A stretch of DNA of 16,675 nt, taken from assembly GCA_041492755.1 (NCBI GenBank), contig JBGPXN010000093.1, forward strand, positions 1-16,675. Direction: 5' to 3'. The position numbers and the translations under genes were made by a program. Source of the stretch: Candidatus Methylomirabilia bacterium (GTDB lineage Bacteria; Methylomirabilota; Methylomirabilia; Rokubacteriales; CSP1-6). This document shows positions 1-11,697 of the stretch, in pieces (the first letter of the stretch is position 1; every line of letters starts with the position of its first letter). The notes beneath the pieces were generated by a model that saw nothing but the letters and a program-made list of their open reading frames with translations, was not told the DNA's origin and made no database searches.

Positions 1-1
1 C

Positions 2-3599
<3,598 letters not shown>

Positions 3600-3603
<4 letters not shown>

Positions 3604-6179
3604 AAACGTTCTACGTGGTCGACGGCCACTCCCACCTGTTCCGCGCCTACCACGCGATCGGGTATCTCTCGACCTCGAAGGGCGTCCCCAGTCACGCCGT
3701 CCTGATCCTGTCCACCATGCTGTGGAAGCTCGTGCGCGAGGAGAAGCCCGACTACCTGGGGATCGCGTGGGACCCGCCGGGCCCGACGTTCCGCGACGAG
3801 ATGTACGCCGAGTACAAGGCGACCCGCACGAAAATGCCGGACGACCTCAGCCGCCAGATCCCCTACGTGCGCCGGTTGTTCGACGCGCTGCGGGTCCCGG
3901 TGTTCGAAGTTCCGGGCTACGAGGCCGACGACGTGCTGGCCACGCTCGCCGACAAGGCGCGCGCGCTCGATCTCGAGGTGGTCGTGGTCACCGGCGACAA
4001 GGATCTGCTGCAGCTGGTGGACCCGCACGTGCGCGTGCTGAGCGTGCTCGGGCGCACGGGCGAGCGGGTGGTCTACGACGAGGCCAAGGTGCGCGAGCGC
4101 TGGGGCGTCGAGCCGGCGCAGATCGTCGACGTGCTGGCGCTCATGGGCGACACCGTCGACAACATCAAGGGCGTCAAGGGCGTGGGCGAGAAGACGGCGA
4201 CGAAGCTCGTCGCCCAGTTCGGCAGCGTCCCGCGGCTCTACGAAAACCTCGCGCTCGTGACCGGTAAGCTCCGCGAGACGCTGGCCTCCGGCCGCAAGGA
4301 CGCGCTGCTGAGCCGCGAGCTGGCCACTCTCAACCACGCGGTGCCGCTCGAGTTCGACCTCGAGGCGTTCCGGCGCGGCGAGCCCGACTGGGGCAAGCTG
4401 CGCGCGCTCTGGATGGAGATGGAGTTCTCGCGGCTCGTCAAGGAGCTGCCCGCGCCCGCGGCGCCGGCCGCGCCCGAGCCGGCGCCTGTGCTCGCCGACG
4501 CGGCGGCCGTCACCGCGTACCTGGCCCGCGTGCCCGCCGGCGCGCCGATCGCGATCGACTGGGCCGGCGATCCGCGGCCGCCGAGTCCGCGACTGGACGG
4601 CGTCGCGCTGTTCCATCCCGACCCCGGGCCGGCCACGGCGTCGCCGGACCTGCTGCCCGCCGATCTCGGCGGCCACCCGCCGATCCTGCACGACGCCAAG
4701 CCGTTCATCGAATGGTCGCTGGCGCAGGGGCGCCCGGCGCCGAAGGCCGACGACAGCGCCATCGCCGCGTATCTGCTCAACTCCGGACGCGCGACGTATC
4801 GGCTGGACGAAGTGTGCATGGAGGCCTTTGCCGACTGTCCGCCGATGCTGCCGGCGGCCGGCCCGCCGGCTCCGGCCGAGCTGCCCGGCATCCTCGCCGC
4901 CCGCGCGCGCTGGGTGTGGAGATTCTGGGAGCACGCGGCGGCCGAGCTGCCGGCGCGGGGGCTTCAGGCGATCTATGAGGACATGGAGCGGCCGCTGGTG
5001 CCGGTCCTCGCGCGCATGGAGCGCCACGGCATCCGGGTCGACCCCGGGCTGCTCGAAGTGTTCGCCAAGGAGCTCGAGCGCCAGCTCGACAACCTCAGCC
5101 GCGAGATCCACGCGCTGGCCGGCGAGGAGTTCTCGATTGCCTCACCCAAGCAGCTCAGCCGCGTGCTGTTCGAGACGCTCGGGCTGCCGGTGCTCCGCCG
5201 GACCAAGACCGGCCCGTCCACCGACGCCGACGTCCTCACCGAGCTGGGCCTCCGCCACGCGCTGCCCGCGAAGGTCCTCGAGCATCGAAGCCTCGCGAAG
5301 CTCAAGGGCACGTACGCCGACACCTTGCCCGCCCTCGTGCATCCGGAGACCGGCCGCATCCACACCACGTTCAACCAGCTCGTCGCCGCCACCGGCCGCC
5401 TCAGCTCGCAGGACCCGAACCTCATGAACATCCCGATCCGGAGCGAGCTGGGCCGGCGCATCCGCGCGGCCTTCATCCCGTCCGACGGCTGGCGGTTCGT
5501 GGCCGCCGACTATTCGCAGATCGAGCTGCGCATCCTGGCCCAGCTGTCCGGGGAGCCCGCGATCATCGAGTCGTTCGCGCGCGGCGAGGACATCCACACC
5601 CGCACCGCCTGCGAAGTCTTCAAGGTCGCGCCGGCCGAGGTCACGTCGCTGCAACGGACGATCGCCAAGAGCGCGAACTACGCGATCCTCTACGGCGTGT
5701 CCGCCTTCGGGCTGTCGCAGGCGACCAAGATCGACCGGAAAGAGGCGGAGCGCTACATCAGCGACTACTTCGCCACCCATCCGCTCGTGCGCGCGTTCAT
5801 CGACCGGACGCTGGAGGAGGGACGCGAGCGCGGCTACGTCACGACGTTGCTGGGCCGCCGGCGCTACCTCCCCGATCTCCGGAGCAACAATCCGGTGGCG
5901 CGCAACTCCGCCGAGCGGATGGCGATGAACGCGCCGGTGCAGGGGACGGCCAGCGACATGATCAAGCTGGCCATGATCCGGGTCGACGCCGCCCTCGCCG
6001 AGCGCGGACTGCAGGCGCGCATGCTGCTCCAGGTCCACGACGAGCTGCTGTTCGAGGCGCCGCCGGAGGAGGTGGAGGCGGTGGAGGCGCTCGCCCACGA
6101 GATCATGGAGTCGGCGCTGCCGCTGAACGTGCCGGTGGTGGTCGACGTCAAGTCGGGCAAGGACTGGTCCGAAGTGTGA
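3600..6179 (+). CDS. polA: DNA polymerase I (5'-3' exonuclease, degenerate 3'-5' exonuclease domain, family A polymerase)
   Basis: GTG start at 3600 overlaps the glnE TGA (GTGA), with GGAG 8 nt upstream. 5' nuclease motifs VVDGHSHLFRAYHA, GYEADD, TGDKD, GDTVDNIKGVKGVGEKTA. Polymerase motifs ATGRLSSQDPNL, A (ADYSQIELR), B (RTIAKSANYAILYG) and C (LQVHDELLFE). The track's N-terminal extension from 2964 is a spurious overlap with glnE. Confidence 0.97.
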
Positions 6180-6814
6180 CGCGCCCGTTCCTGCTCCTCG
6201 GTCTCACCGGCGGCATCGCCACCGGCAAGAGCACCGTCTCCGCCATGTTCCGCAACCTCGGCTGCGCGATCATCGACGCCGACCAGCTCGCGCGCGACGT
6301 GGTCGAGCCCGGCGCGCCCGCGCTGGGCGAGATCGTCGCCGAGTTCGGTCCCGGCGTGCTGCGTCCCGACGGGACGCTCGATCGTCTGGCCCTGGGCGCG
6401 ATCGTCTTCGGCGATCCCCCGCGCCGGCGCCGGCTGGAAGAAATTACGCACCCGGCCATCCGCGAGCGCTTCACGCGGCGGGTGGCGGAGCTCGTCGACG
6501 CCGGTTTCACGGGCGTCGCGTTGTTCGACGCCGCGGTGATCGTGGAGAGCGGTGGATACAAGACCCTGGACGGGCTCCTCGTCGTCGTGACGGACGAGGA
6601 GACGGAGCTGGCCCGTCTGATGGCGCGCGACCAGATCGGTCGCGAGGACGCGCTCCGGAAGATCCGCAGCCAGATGCCGGTCGCGGAGAAAGCCCGGCTC
6701 GCCGACCACGTCATCGACAACACCGGCGACCGCAGCGCCACCGAGGCGCAGGTACGCGCTGTGTACGCGGCCCTGCTCGAGCGCCGGCGGCGGATGAGCG
6801 GCCCGGTCTCGTAG
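6176..6814 (+). CDS. coaE: Dephospho-CoA kinase
   Basis: GLTGGIATGKSTV P-loop, IIDADQLARDVVEPG, LDRLALGAIVF, LEEITHPAI, RSQMP, ADHVIDN. GTGA overlap with the polA stop; polA-coaE linkage is common. Confidence 0.96.
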   Translation: MTRPFLLLGLTGGIATGKSTVSAMFRNLGCAIIDADQLARDVVEPGAPALGEIVAEFGPGVLRPDGTLDRLALGAIVFGDPPRRRRLEEITHPAIRERFTRRVAELVDAGFTGVALFDAAVIVESGGYKTLDGLLVVVTDEETELARLMARDQIGREDALRKIRSQMPVAEKARLADHVIDNTGDRSATEAQVRAVYAALLERRRRMSGPVS

Positions 6815-6823
6815 TTCTCGGCT

Positions 6824-6856
6824 GCGTGGGCCGGGCCGCACCCGCCCGGCCCGTGC
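6824..6856 (+). terminator. GC-rich hairpin after coaE (possible terminator or mRNA 3' stabiliser)
   Basis: Stem GCGTGGGCCGGGC (6824-6836) / GCCCGGCCCGTGC (6844-6856), with a 9-bp perfect core and a 7-nt loop, about 10 nt after the coaE stop. No clear U-tract follows. Confidence 0.45.
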
Positions 6857-6959
6857 TCGATTGCCAGCCGTTCGTCCTCGATTCGTGGTCGTTCATCCGA
6901 TTATTTGCGACAGCCGGCGGTCTTCCCCGCATTCTCGATCGCGGGAAGGAGACCTCACC

Positions 6960-7217
6960 ATGAAGCAACGCAAGAATCGCGACCTCGTCCTCGCCGCGTC
7001 GATCGCCCTCATCCTCCTCGGTGCGTCGGTCACGCCTGTCCTCGCTCAGACGGGCTTCCCCAACGTGATCGCCGCGCTCCGGGCGACGCCAGGCTGCCTC
7101 GGCGTGGAGACGGCGCAAACGGAGCGGTGGACACGACGGTCCGTTGGAGAGACCGAAGCTCGACCCGATCCTCGTCGGCCTGCCGGTCTGGTCGTTTCGA
7201 CTGTCTACAGAAACTGA
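6960..7217 (+). pseudogene. Probably truncated gene for a small secreted protein
   Basis: ATG 6960 with SD AAGGAG (6946-6951). Clear Sec signal peptide MKQRKNRDLVLAASIALILLGASVTPVLA, then QTGFPNVIAALRATPGCLGVETAQT. After about 7121 the product becomes a non-globular-looking tail, and composition changes toward the lower-GC islet. Confidence 0.5.
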
Positions 7218-7317
7218 CGCGCGACAGGAGGACACTTTGGTTACGCTAGCCGTGGCGAGGGCTGTTCATGGCGAATCACTGCGTAGCCTCTGACTCGAAG
7301 TCTCGAGGATAACTGCC

Positions 7318-8073
7318 ATGGCCGTCAGTGCGATCGAGTGGACCGAGATTACGTGGAACCCGACCACGGGATGCGACCGGACGTCCCCGGGTTGCGACAA
7401 TTGCTACGCGCTTGCGCTTGCCAAACGCCTCAAGGCGATGGGGCAGCCAAAGTACCAGAATGACGGTAACCCTCGCACATCAGGGCCAGGCTTCGGAGTG
7501 ACCCCACACGAGGATCTGGTCGATGCTCCTCGTCGATGGGCGGGTGCGCGAACCGTGTTCGTGAACTCCATGAGCGATCTCTTTCATGACGAGGTGCCTG
7601 AAAGCTTTATCCGCCGCGTATTCGAAGTCATGGCCGATACACCACGCCACACGTACCAGGTGCTCACCAAGAGATCGAAGCGGCTCGCCCGACTGGCGCT
7701 GCGTCTTCCGTGGCCGCCGAACGTCTGGATGGGAGTGTCGGTCGAGAATCAGAACTATGTCTTCCGCCTGGATCACCTCCGAGAGGTTCCGGCCGGGATC
7801 AGATTCTTGTCAGTCGAACCCCTGCTCGGGCCGGTGACGCTGAAACTCGACGGAATCCACTGGGTGATCGTCGGGGGGGAATCCGGTCCCCGGGCGCGTC
7901 CGGTCGACCTTCGGTGGGTCGAGGAGATCAAGAATCAGTGTACAGAGGCAAGAGTCCCATTCTTCTTCAAGCAATGGGGCGGCCGCACGCCGAAGGCGAA
8001 TGGTCGGTCGCTGGGCGGTCGCACCTGGGACGAGATGCCGAAGCCGTTCGGGTTCGCAGCCACTGAACGATAG
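7318..8073 (+). CDS. DUF5131 / phage Gp37-Gp68 family protein (radical-SAM-like, CX6CX2C)
   Basis: Family hallmarks SAIEWTEITWNPTTGCDRTSPGCDNCYA (C19, C26, C29), VFVNSMSDLFH, HTYQVLTKR, NVWMGVSVE, RFLSVEPLLGP, WVIVGGESGPRARP, FFFKQWGG. GAGG about 9 nt upstream of the ATG. Confidence 0.92.
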   Translation: MAVSAIEWTEITWNPTTGCDRTSPGCDNCYALALAKRLKAMGQPKYQNDGNPRTSGPGFGVTPHEDLVDAPRRWAGARTVFVNSMSDLFHDEVPESFIRRVFEVMADTPRHTYQVLTKRSKRLARLALRLPWPPNVWMGVSVENQNYVFRLDHLREVPAGIRFLSVEPLLGPVTLKLDGIHWVIVGGESGPRARPVDLRWVEEIKNQCTEARVPFFFKQWGGRTPKANGRSLGGRTWDEMPKPFGFAATER

Positions 8074-8076
8074 CGC

Positions 8077-9078
8077 GTGGCGCGGACGTGGGGATTCTGG
8101 ACCCGTAATAAACTCGACATCCTGACCGACTATTTGCGCGCGTTCACCACGGCATCACGCGGCAGGGCGCGCGCCACCACGGTGTACCTCGATCTGTTTG
8201 CCGGCACGCCGGAGGGTGTGGAGAGGGAGACCGGTCAGCAGATACCGAACTCGGTGGTACGAGCCCTGAACACAATTCCGAGGTTCACCCGGCACTATTT
8301 CTTCGAGCTACCTGCTATCGCCAGTGATCTGGAGAATGAACTGGCCCGCCGATACCCTGACCGCAATGACTACCGCATCGTGCCCGGCGATAGCAACGAA
8401 ACGATCGATGGAGTGCTGTCGGAACTGCGCGGGATCGGCCTCGATTGGGCGCCGGCGTTCGCGTTCCTCGATCCAAGAAACCTTGGCGTGAGGTGGACGA
8501 CCATTCGGAAGTTGGCGGACTTCAAACGCCACCGGCGAAACAAGATTGAGCTGTGGGTGCTCTGCTTCAGTTCAGCGATTCCACGGGTTCTTGGAGGAGA
8601 CGGTGACGTAGCCGTCGGCACGGATCAGGTCACAGCCTTCTATGGTACGGACCAGTGGCAGGTGACCAAGGAAGATCGCGACGAGAACCGTCTGACTGCT
8701 GCCGCCGCCCGTGAGGAGTACGTCAACCTGTACCGCTGGCGCCTCGAGAAGGTGCTCGACTACCGTATAACCCACTCGTTCGAAGTCAAGAATACGAGTG
8801 GGTCGCCGCTGTATCACCTGATCCTGGCGACCGACAACAACACCGGCTCCAAAATCATGAGCGACATCTACGGCAAGGCCGCCAAGAAGCACCAAGCCAT
8901 GCGGCGGGAGGCAGCCGAGCGGCGCAAGATCAAGCGCGACGAAGAGCGAGGCCTCAGCTCGTTGTTCCCTGCCGGGGAACTCGCCGCGGGTTCCTCCGGT
9001 GAAGAGGCTCAATACATACACGAGCCGCCATGGCTCCCATACAGACATCCGGCGGGCGGGGGCTCGTCGAGGTCATGA
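8077..9078 (+). CDS. tcmP: Three-Cys-motif partner protein (SAM-dependent methyltransferase-like Rossmann fold)
   Basis: GTG 3 nt after the DUF5131 stop. N-terminal WT..KL.IL..YL..F, motif-I-like YLDLFAG, FFEL, GDSN, FAFLDP, KIELW, FYGTDQW and PLYHLILATDN, typical of the family that partners DUF5131. Confidence 0.85.
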   Translation: MARTWGFWTRNKLDILTDYLRAFTTASRGRARATTVYLDLFAGTPEGVERETGQQIPNSVVRALNTIPRFTRHYFFELPAIASDLENELARRYPDRNDYRIVPGDSNETIDGVLSELRGIGLDWAPAFAFLDPRNLGVRWTTIRKLADFKRHRRNKIELWVLCFSSAIPRVLGGDGDVAVGTDQVTAFYGTDQWQVTKEDRDENRLTAAAAREEYVNLYRWRLEKVLDYRITHSFEVKNTSGSPLYHLILATDNNTGSKIMSDIYGKAAKKHQAMRREAAERRKIKRDEERGLSSLFPAGELAAGSSGEEAQYIHEPPWLPYRHPAGGGSSRS

Positions 9079-9214
9079 TGGACCCTAGAATGTCGCGACC
9101 TGCGGGCCGGGTCGCCGTTCGAGAGGAGCGCTGGCCGTGTTCCAGACGTGCCAGGGGTTTCAGCTTGCAGCGGCCGGACGTCGCCGTGGGCTAGTCGAGC
9201 GCGAAGATCTTGCG

Positions 9215-9240
9215 TGCTATCGTGAACCCCTCGCGGAGGA
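9215..9240 (+). promoter_or_regulatory. Candidate extended -10 promoter and RBS of the amidohydrolase gene
   Basis: TG-C-TATCGT at 9215-9223 (TGnTATAAT-like), then GGAGGA at 9235-9240 and ATG at 9245. No convincing -35. Confidence 0.4.
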
Positions 9241-9244
9241 CGCC

Positions 9245-10501
9245 ATGGACAGGACGCTGATCGCCAACACCACGATTCTCGATGGCAGCGGGGCGGCGCC
9301 GTTTTCCGGCGACGTGCTGGTCGAGGGCCAGCGCATCGTCGCCGTGCAGCGGGCGGGCGGGCTGCCGCGCGGCGATGCGCGCGTGATCGACGGCGCCGGC
9401 GCCACCCTGATGCCCGGGCTCGTCGAGCCGCACGGCCACGTGAGCTATCCCGACGCCGCCTCCAACGGGGACTTCACGCGCCTGCCACCCGAGGAGCACG
9501 TCCTCATCACGATGCGCAATGCTCGGATCATGCTGGAGTGCGGCTACACCAGTGTGCTGTCGGGCGCGGCGGCCAAGCCGCGGCTCGACGTCGTGATCCG
9601 GAACGAGATCAACGCCGGCCGCATCCCCGGTCCGCGGTACCTCGCCAACGGCCCGGAAATCACCGTGACCGGCGGGCTCGGCGACGAGAACCTGCTGCAT
9701 TTGCCGCACGTGGAGACGCCGACCTTTTCCTGGGTTGCCGACGGACCCGACGAGATCCGGAAGGTTTGCCGTCTGCTCCTGCGCGAGGGCGTCGATCTGC
9801 TGAAGCTGAACATCTCGGGTAACACGGGACCGCGCGATAGCCGCACGCAGCGGGCGGTGATGACCGACGCCGAGGTGGCGGCGGCCATGGAGATGGCGCG
9901 GGCCGGCGCGGTGCGCGTGTGTGCGCACGCCCGCAGCGCCGACTCGGTCAAGATGTGCGTGCGGCACGGGATCGGCATCATCTACCACGCCAACTTCGCG
10001 GACGAGGAGGCGCTCGACCTGCTCGAGGCCAACCGTGACTGGTGCTTCGTCGTCCCCGCGCTCGGGCTCACGTACCAGGCGTGCTACGCGGGCAGCGAGT
10101 GGGGGCTCACGCCCGAGCGGGCCCGCGAGCGCGGGCTCGTGCAAGAGCTGGAGGTGTCCGTCGACACGATGGGCCGGATGCGCAAGCGCGGCATCCGGGT
10201 CCTGCCCGGCGGCGACTACGGCTTCGCCTGGAACCCGCACGGCACCTACGCGCGCGACCTGCTCCTCTTCGTCGACGTGCTCGGCTTCACGCCGATGGAG
10301 ACGCTCGTCGCCGCCACCCGGCTGGGCGGGGAGATCATGGGCCGGCCGGACGAGCTGGGCCAGATCAAGCCCGGCTATCTTGCCGACCTGCTGCTTGTCG
10401 ACGGCGATCCACTCACCGACATCAAGCGACTCCAAAACGCGGACGCGCTGCTCGTGATCATGAAGGACGGGCGCCTGCACAAGGCGCCGGCGGCGGTCTG
10501 A
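9245..10501 (+). CDS. Metal-dependent amidohydrolase (prolidase-like / Xaa-Pro dipeptidase-like subgroup)
   Basis: Start moved to ATG 9245 (SD GGAGGA). Motifs TLMPGLVEPHGH (HxH), VDLLKL (putative carboxylated Lys), CAHA, IYHA, GGDYG and GQIKPGYLADLLLVDGDPL. The substrate cannot be determined from sequence. Confidence 0.88.
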   Translation: MDRTLIANTTILDGSGAAPFSGDVLVEGQRIVAVQRAGGLPRGDARVIDGAGATLMPGLVEPHGHVSYPDAASNGDFTRLPPEEHVLITMRNARIMLECGYTSVLSGAAAKPRLDVVIRNEINAGRIPGPRYLANGPEITVTGGLGDENLLHLPHVETPTFSWVADGPDEIRKVCRLLLREGVDLLKLNISGNTGPRDSRTQRAVMTDAEVAAAMEMARAGAVRVCAHARSADSVKMCVRHGIGIIYHANFADEEALDLLEANRDWCFVVPALGLTYQACYAGSEWGLTPERARERGLVQELEVSVDTMGRMRKRGIRVLPGGDYGFAWNPHGTYARDLLLFVDVLGFTPMETLVAATRLGGEIMGRPDELGQIKPGYLADLLLVDGDPLTDIKRLQNADALLVIMKDGRLHKAPAAV

Positions 10502-10505
10502 GGCG

Positions 10506-11693
10506 ATGGCGACCGTACCGCGCGGGCTGAAACTGCGACAGCGCCAGCCGGTCTCCGCGCGCTCCCGGCCGGCGGAGCTTCCGCCGGGTCTCCAGAAGAT
10601 GCTTGGCACCGGGGAAGAGCTGCTCGCCAAGCCGTTCCGAGGCATCACGGCGGACGGGACCGTCATGCCTCAGTTGTTCTCCATCCAAAAGACCGGAGTC
10701 TCCACGCGGCCTCTGCTGGACGCGGCCGAGGCGTTCCTGGCCTCGCTCAGCGACGCGCAGCGGGCGCGCGTGCACTTCGCCCTCGACAGCGACGCGTGGC
10801 GCCGCTGGAGCAACATCCATCCGTTTCTCATGCGCCACGGCGTATCGCTCGACGAGATGAGCCCGGCGCCGCGGGACCGCGCGCTCGCCCTGCTCAGGGA
10901 GAGCCTGAGCGCCGGCGGATTCCAGACGGCGCGGGACGTCATGCGTCTCAACGAGTACGTCCGGCTCTTCACCGGCAGCGACGTGGAGTACGGCGAGTGG
11001 GTGTACTGGCTGAGCGTGATGGGCACGCCGTCGCCGGATCAGCCGTGGGGCTGGCAGATCGACGGTCACCATCTCATCCTGAACTGCTTCGTGCTGGGCG
11101 ATCAGATCGTCATGACGCCGATGTTCATGGGCTCGGAGCCGGTGGCGGCCGAGGACGGACCGTACGCCGGGACGCGGGTGTTCGCGGCCGAGGAGCGGCA
11201 GGGGCTGACGCTCGTGCGCTCACTGACGCCGGAGCAGCGCGACCGAACGATCCTGGCCCGCGAGCTGCCCGGCGAGGTGTTCACCGCGGCCTTCCGCGAC
11301 AACTTCGAGATGACGTACGAGGGCATCCGTTACGGCGATCTCTCGACCGCGCAGCAGCGGCTCCTGCTCGACGTGCTGGAGACGTACGCCGGCCGTATCC
11401 GGCCCGGTCACTCCGGAGCCCGACTCGACGAAGTGAAGCGGCACCTGGCCGACACGCGCTTCGCCTGGATGGGCGGCTTCGACGAGGAGAGCGCCTTCTA
11501 CTACCGGCTTCACAGCCCCGTCGTGCTCATCGAGTTCGACCACCAGCGCGGGATCGTCTTCGACAACGACGCGCCCTCACGCCACCACATCCACACCGTC
11601 ATCCGCACGCCGAACGGCAACGACTACGGTCAGGATCTCCTTCGCCAGCACCACGCGCGGTTCGACCACTCCCGCGCGGATCACCGTCACTGA
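10506..11693 (+). CDS. DUF3500 domain-containing protein
   Basis: AAEAFLASLSDAQR, WSNIHP, LSAGGF, GTPSPDQPWGWQIDGHHLILN, TPMFMGSEP, FAWMGG, FYYRLHSPVVLIEFDHQ and HIHTVIRTPNGNDYG match my recollection of DUF3500. Starts 4 nt after the amidohydrolase stop. Confidence 0.82.
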   Translation: MATVPRGLKLRQRQPVSARSRPAELPPGLQKMLGTGEELLAKPFRGITADGTVMPQLFSIQKTGVSTRPLLDAAEAFLASLSDAQRARVHFALDSDAWRRWSNIHPFLMRHGVSLDEMSPAPRDRALALLRESLSAGGFQTARDVMRLNEYVRLFTGSDVEYGEWVYWLSVMGTPSPDQPWGWQIDGHHLILNCFVLGDQIVMTPMFMGSEPVAAEDGPYAGTRVFAAEERQGLTLVRSLTPEQRDRTILARELPGEVFTAAFRDNFEMTYEGIRYGDLSTAQQRLLLDVLETYAGRIRPGHSGARLDEVKRHLADTRFAWMGGFDEESAFYYRLHSPVVLIEFDHQRGIVFDNDAPSRHHIHTVIRTPNGNDYGQDLLRQHHARFDHSRADHRH

Positions 11694-11697
11694 CTCG

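Larger units (their letters stand above)
7125..9130. mobile_element. Putative horizontally acquired islet (no mobility gene seen)
   Basis: Lower GC in sampled lines (31/60 G+C at 7561-7620; 30/60 at 8281-8340) versus GC-saturated host genes (52/60 at 1861-1920). Many A/T-ending codons. The left edge coincides with a truncated gene. Boundaries are approximate. Confidence 0.55.

Noticed and set aside
7318..8073. Prophage, suggested by the family name 'phage Gp37/Gp68'
   Set aside because: No integrase, terminase, structural or lysis genes are nearby, and the family also occurs outside phages.
7141..9125. CCGTTGGAGAG (7141-7151) and CCGTTCGAGAG (9115-9125) as possible att or target-site repeats flanking the islet
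   Set aside because: Only 10/11 identity with no extension. The left copy lies inside the inferred breakpoint, and no recombinase or tRNA is present, so it is compatible with chance.
9075..9194. 39-aa ORF (MMDPRMSRPAGRVAVREERW...) overlapping the tcmP stop as ATGA
   Set aside because: Short, with no recognisable motif and poor SD spacing, and it spans a small hairpin (9095-9115). It cannot be supported as a gene, though a truncated third cassette gene is not excluded.
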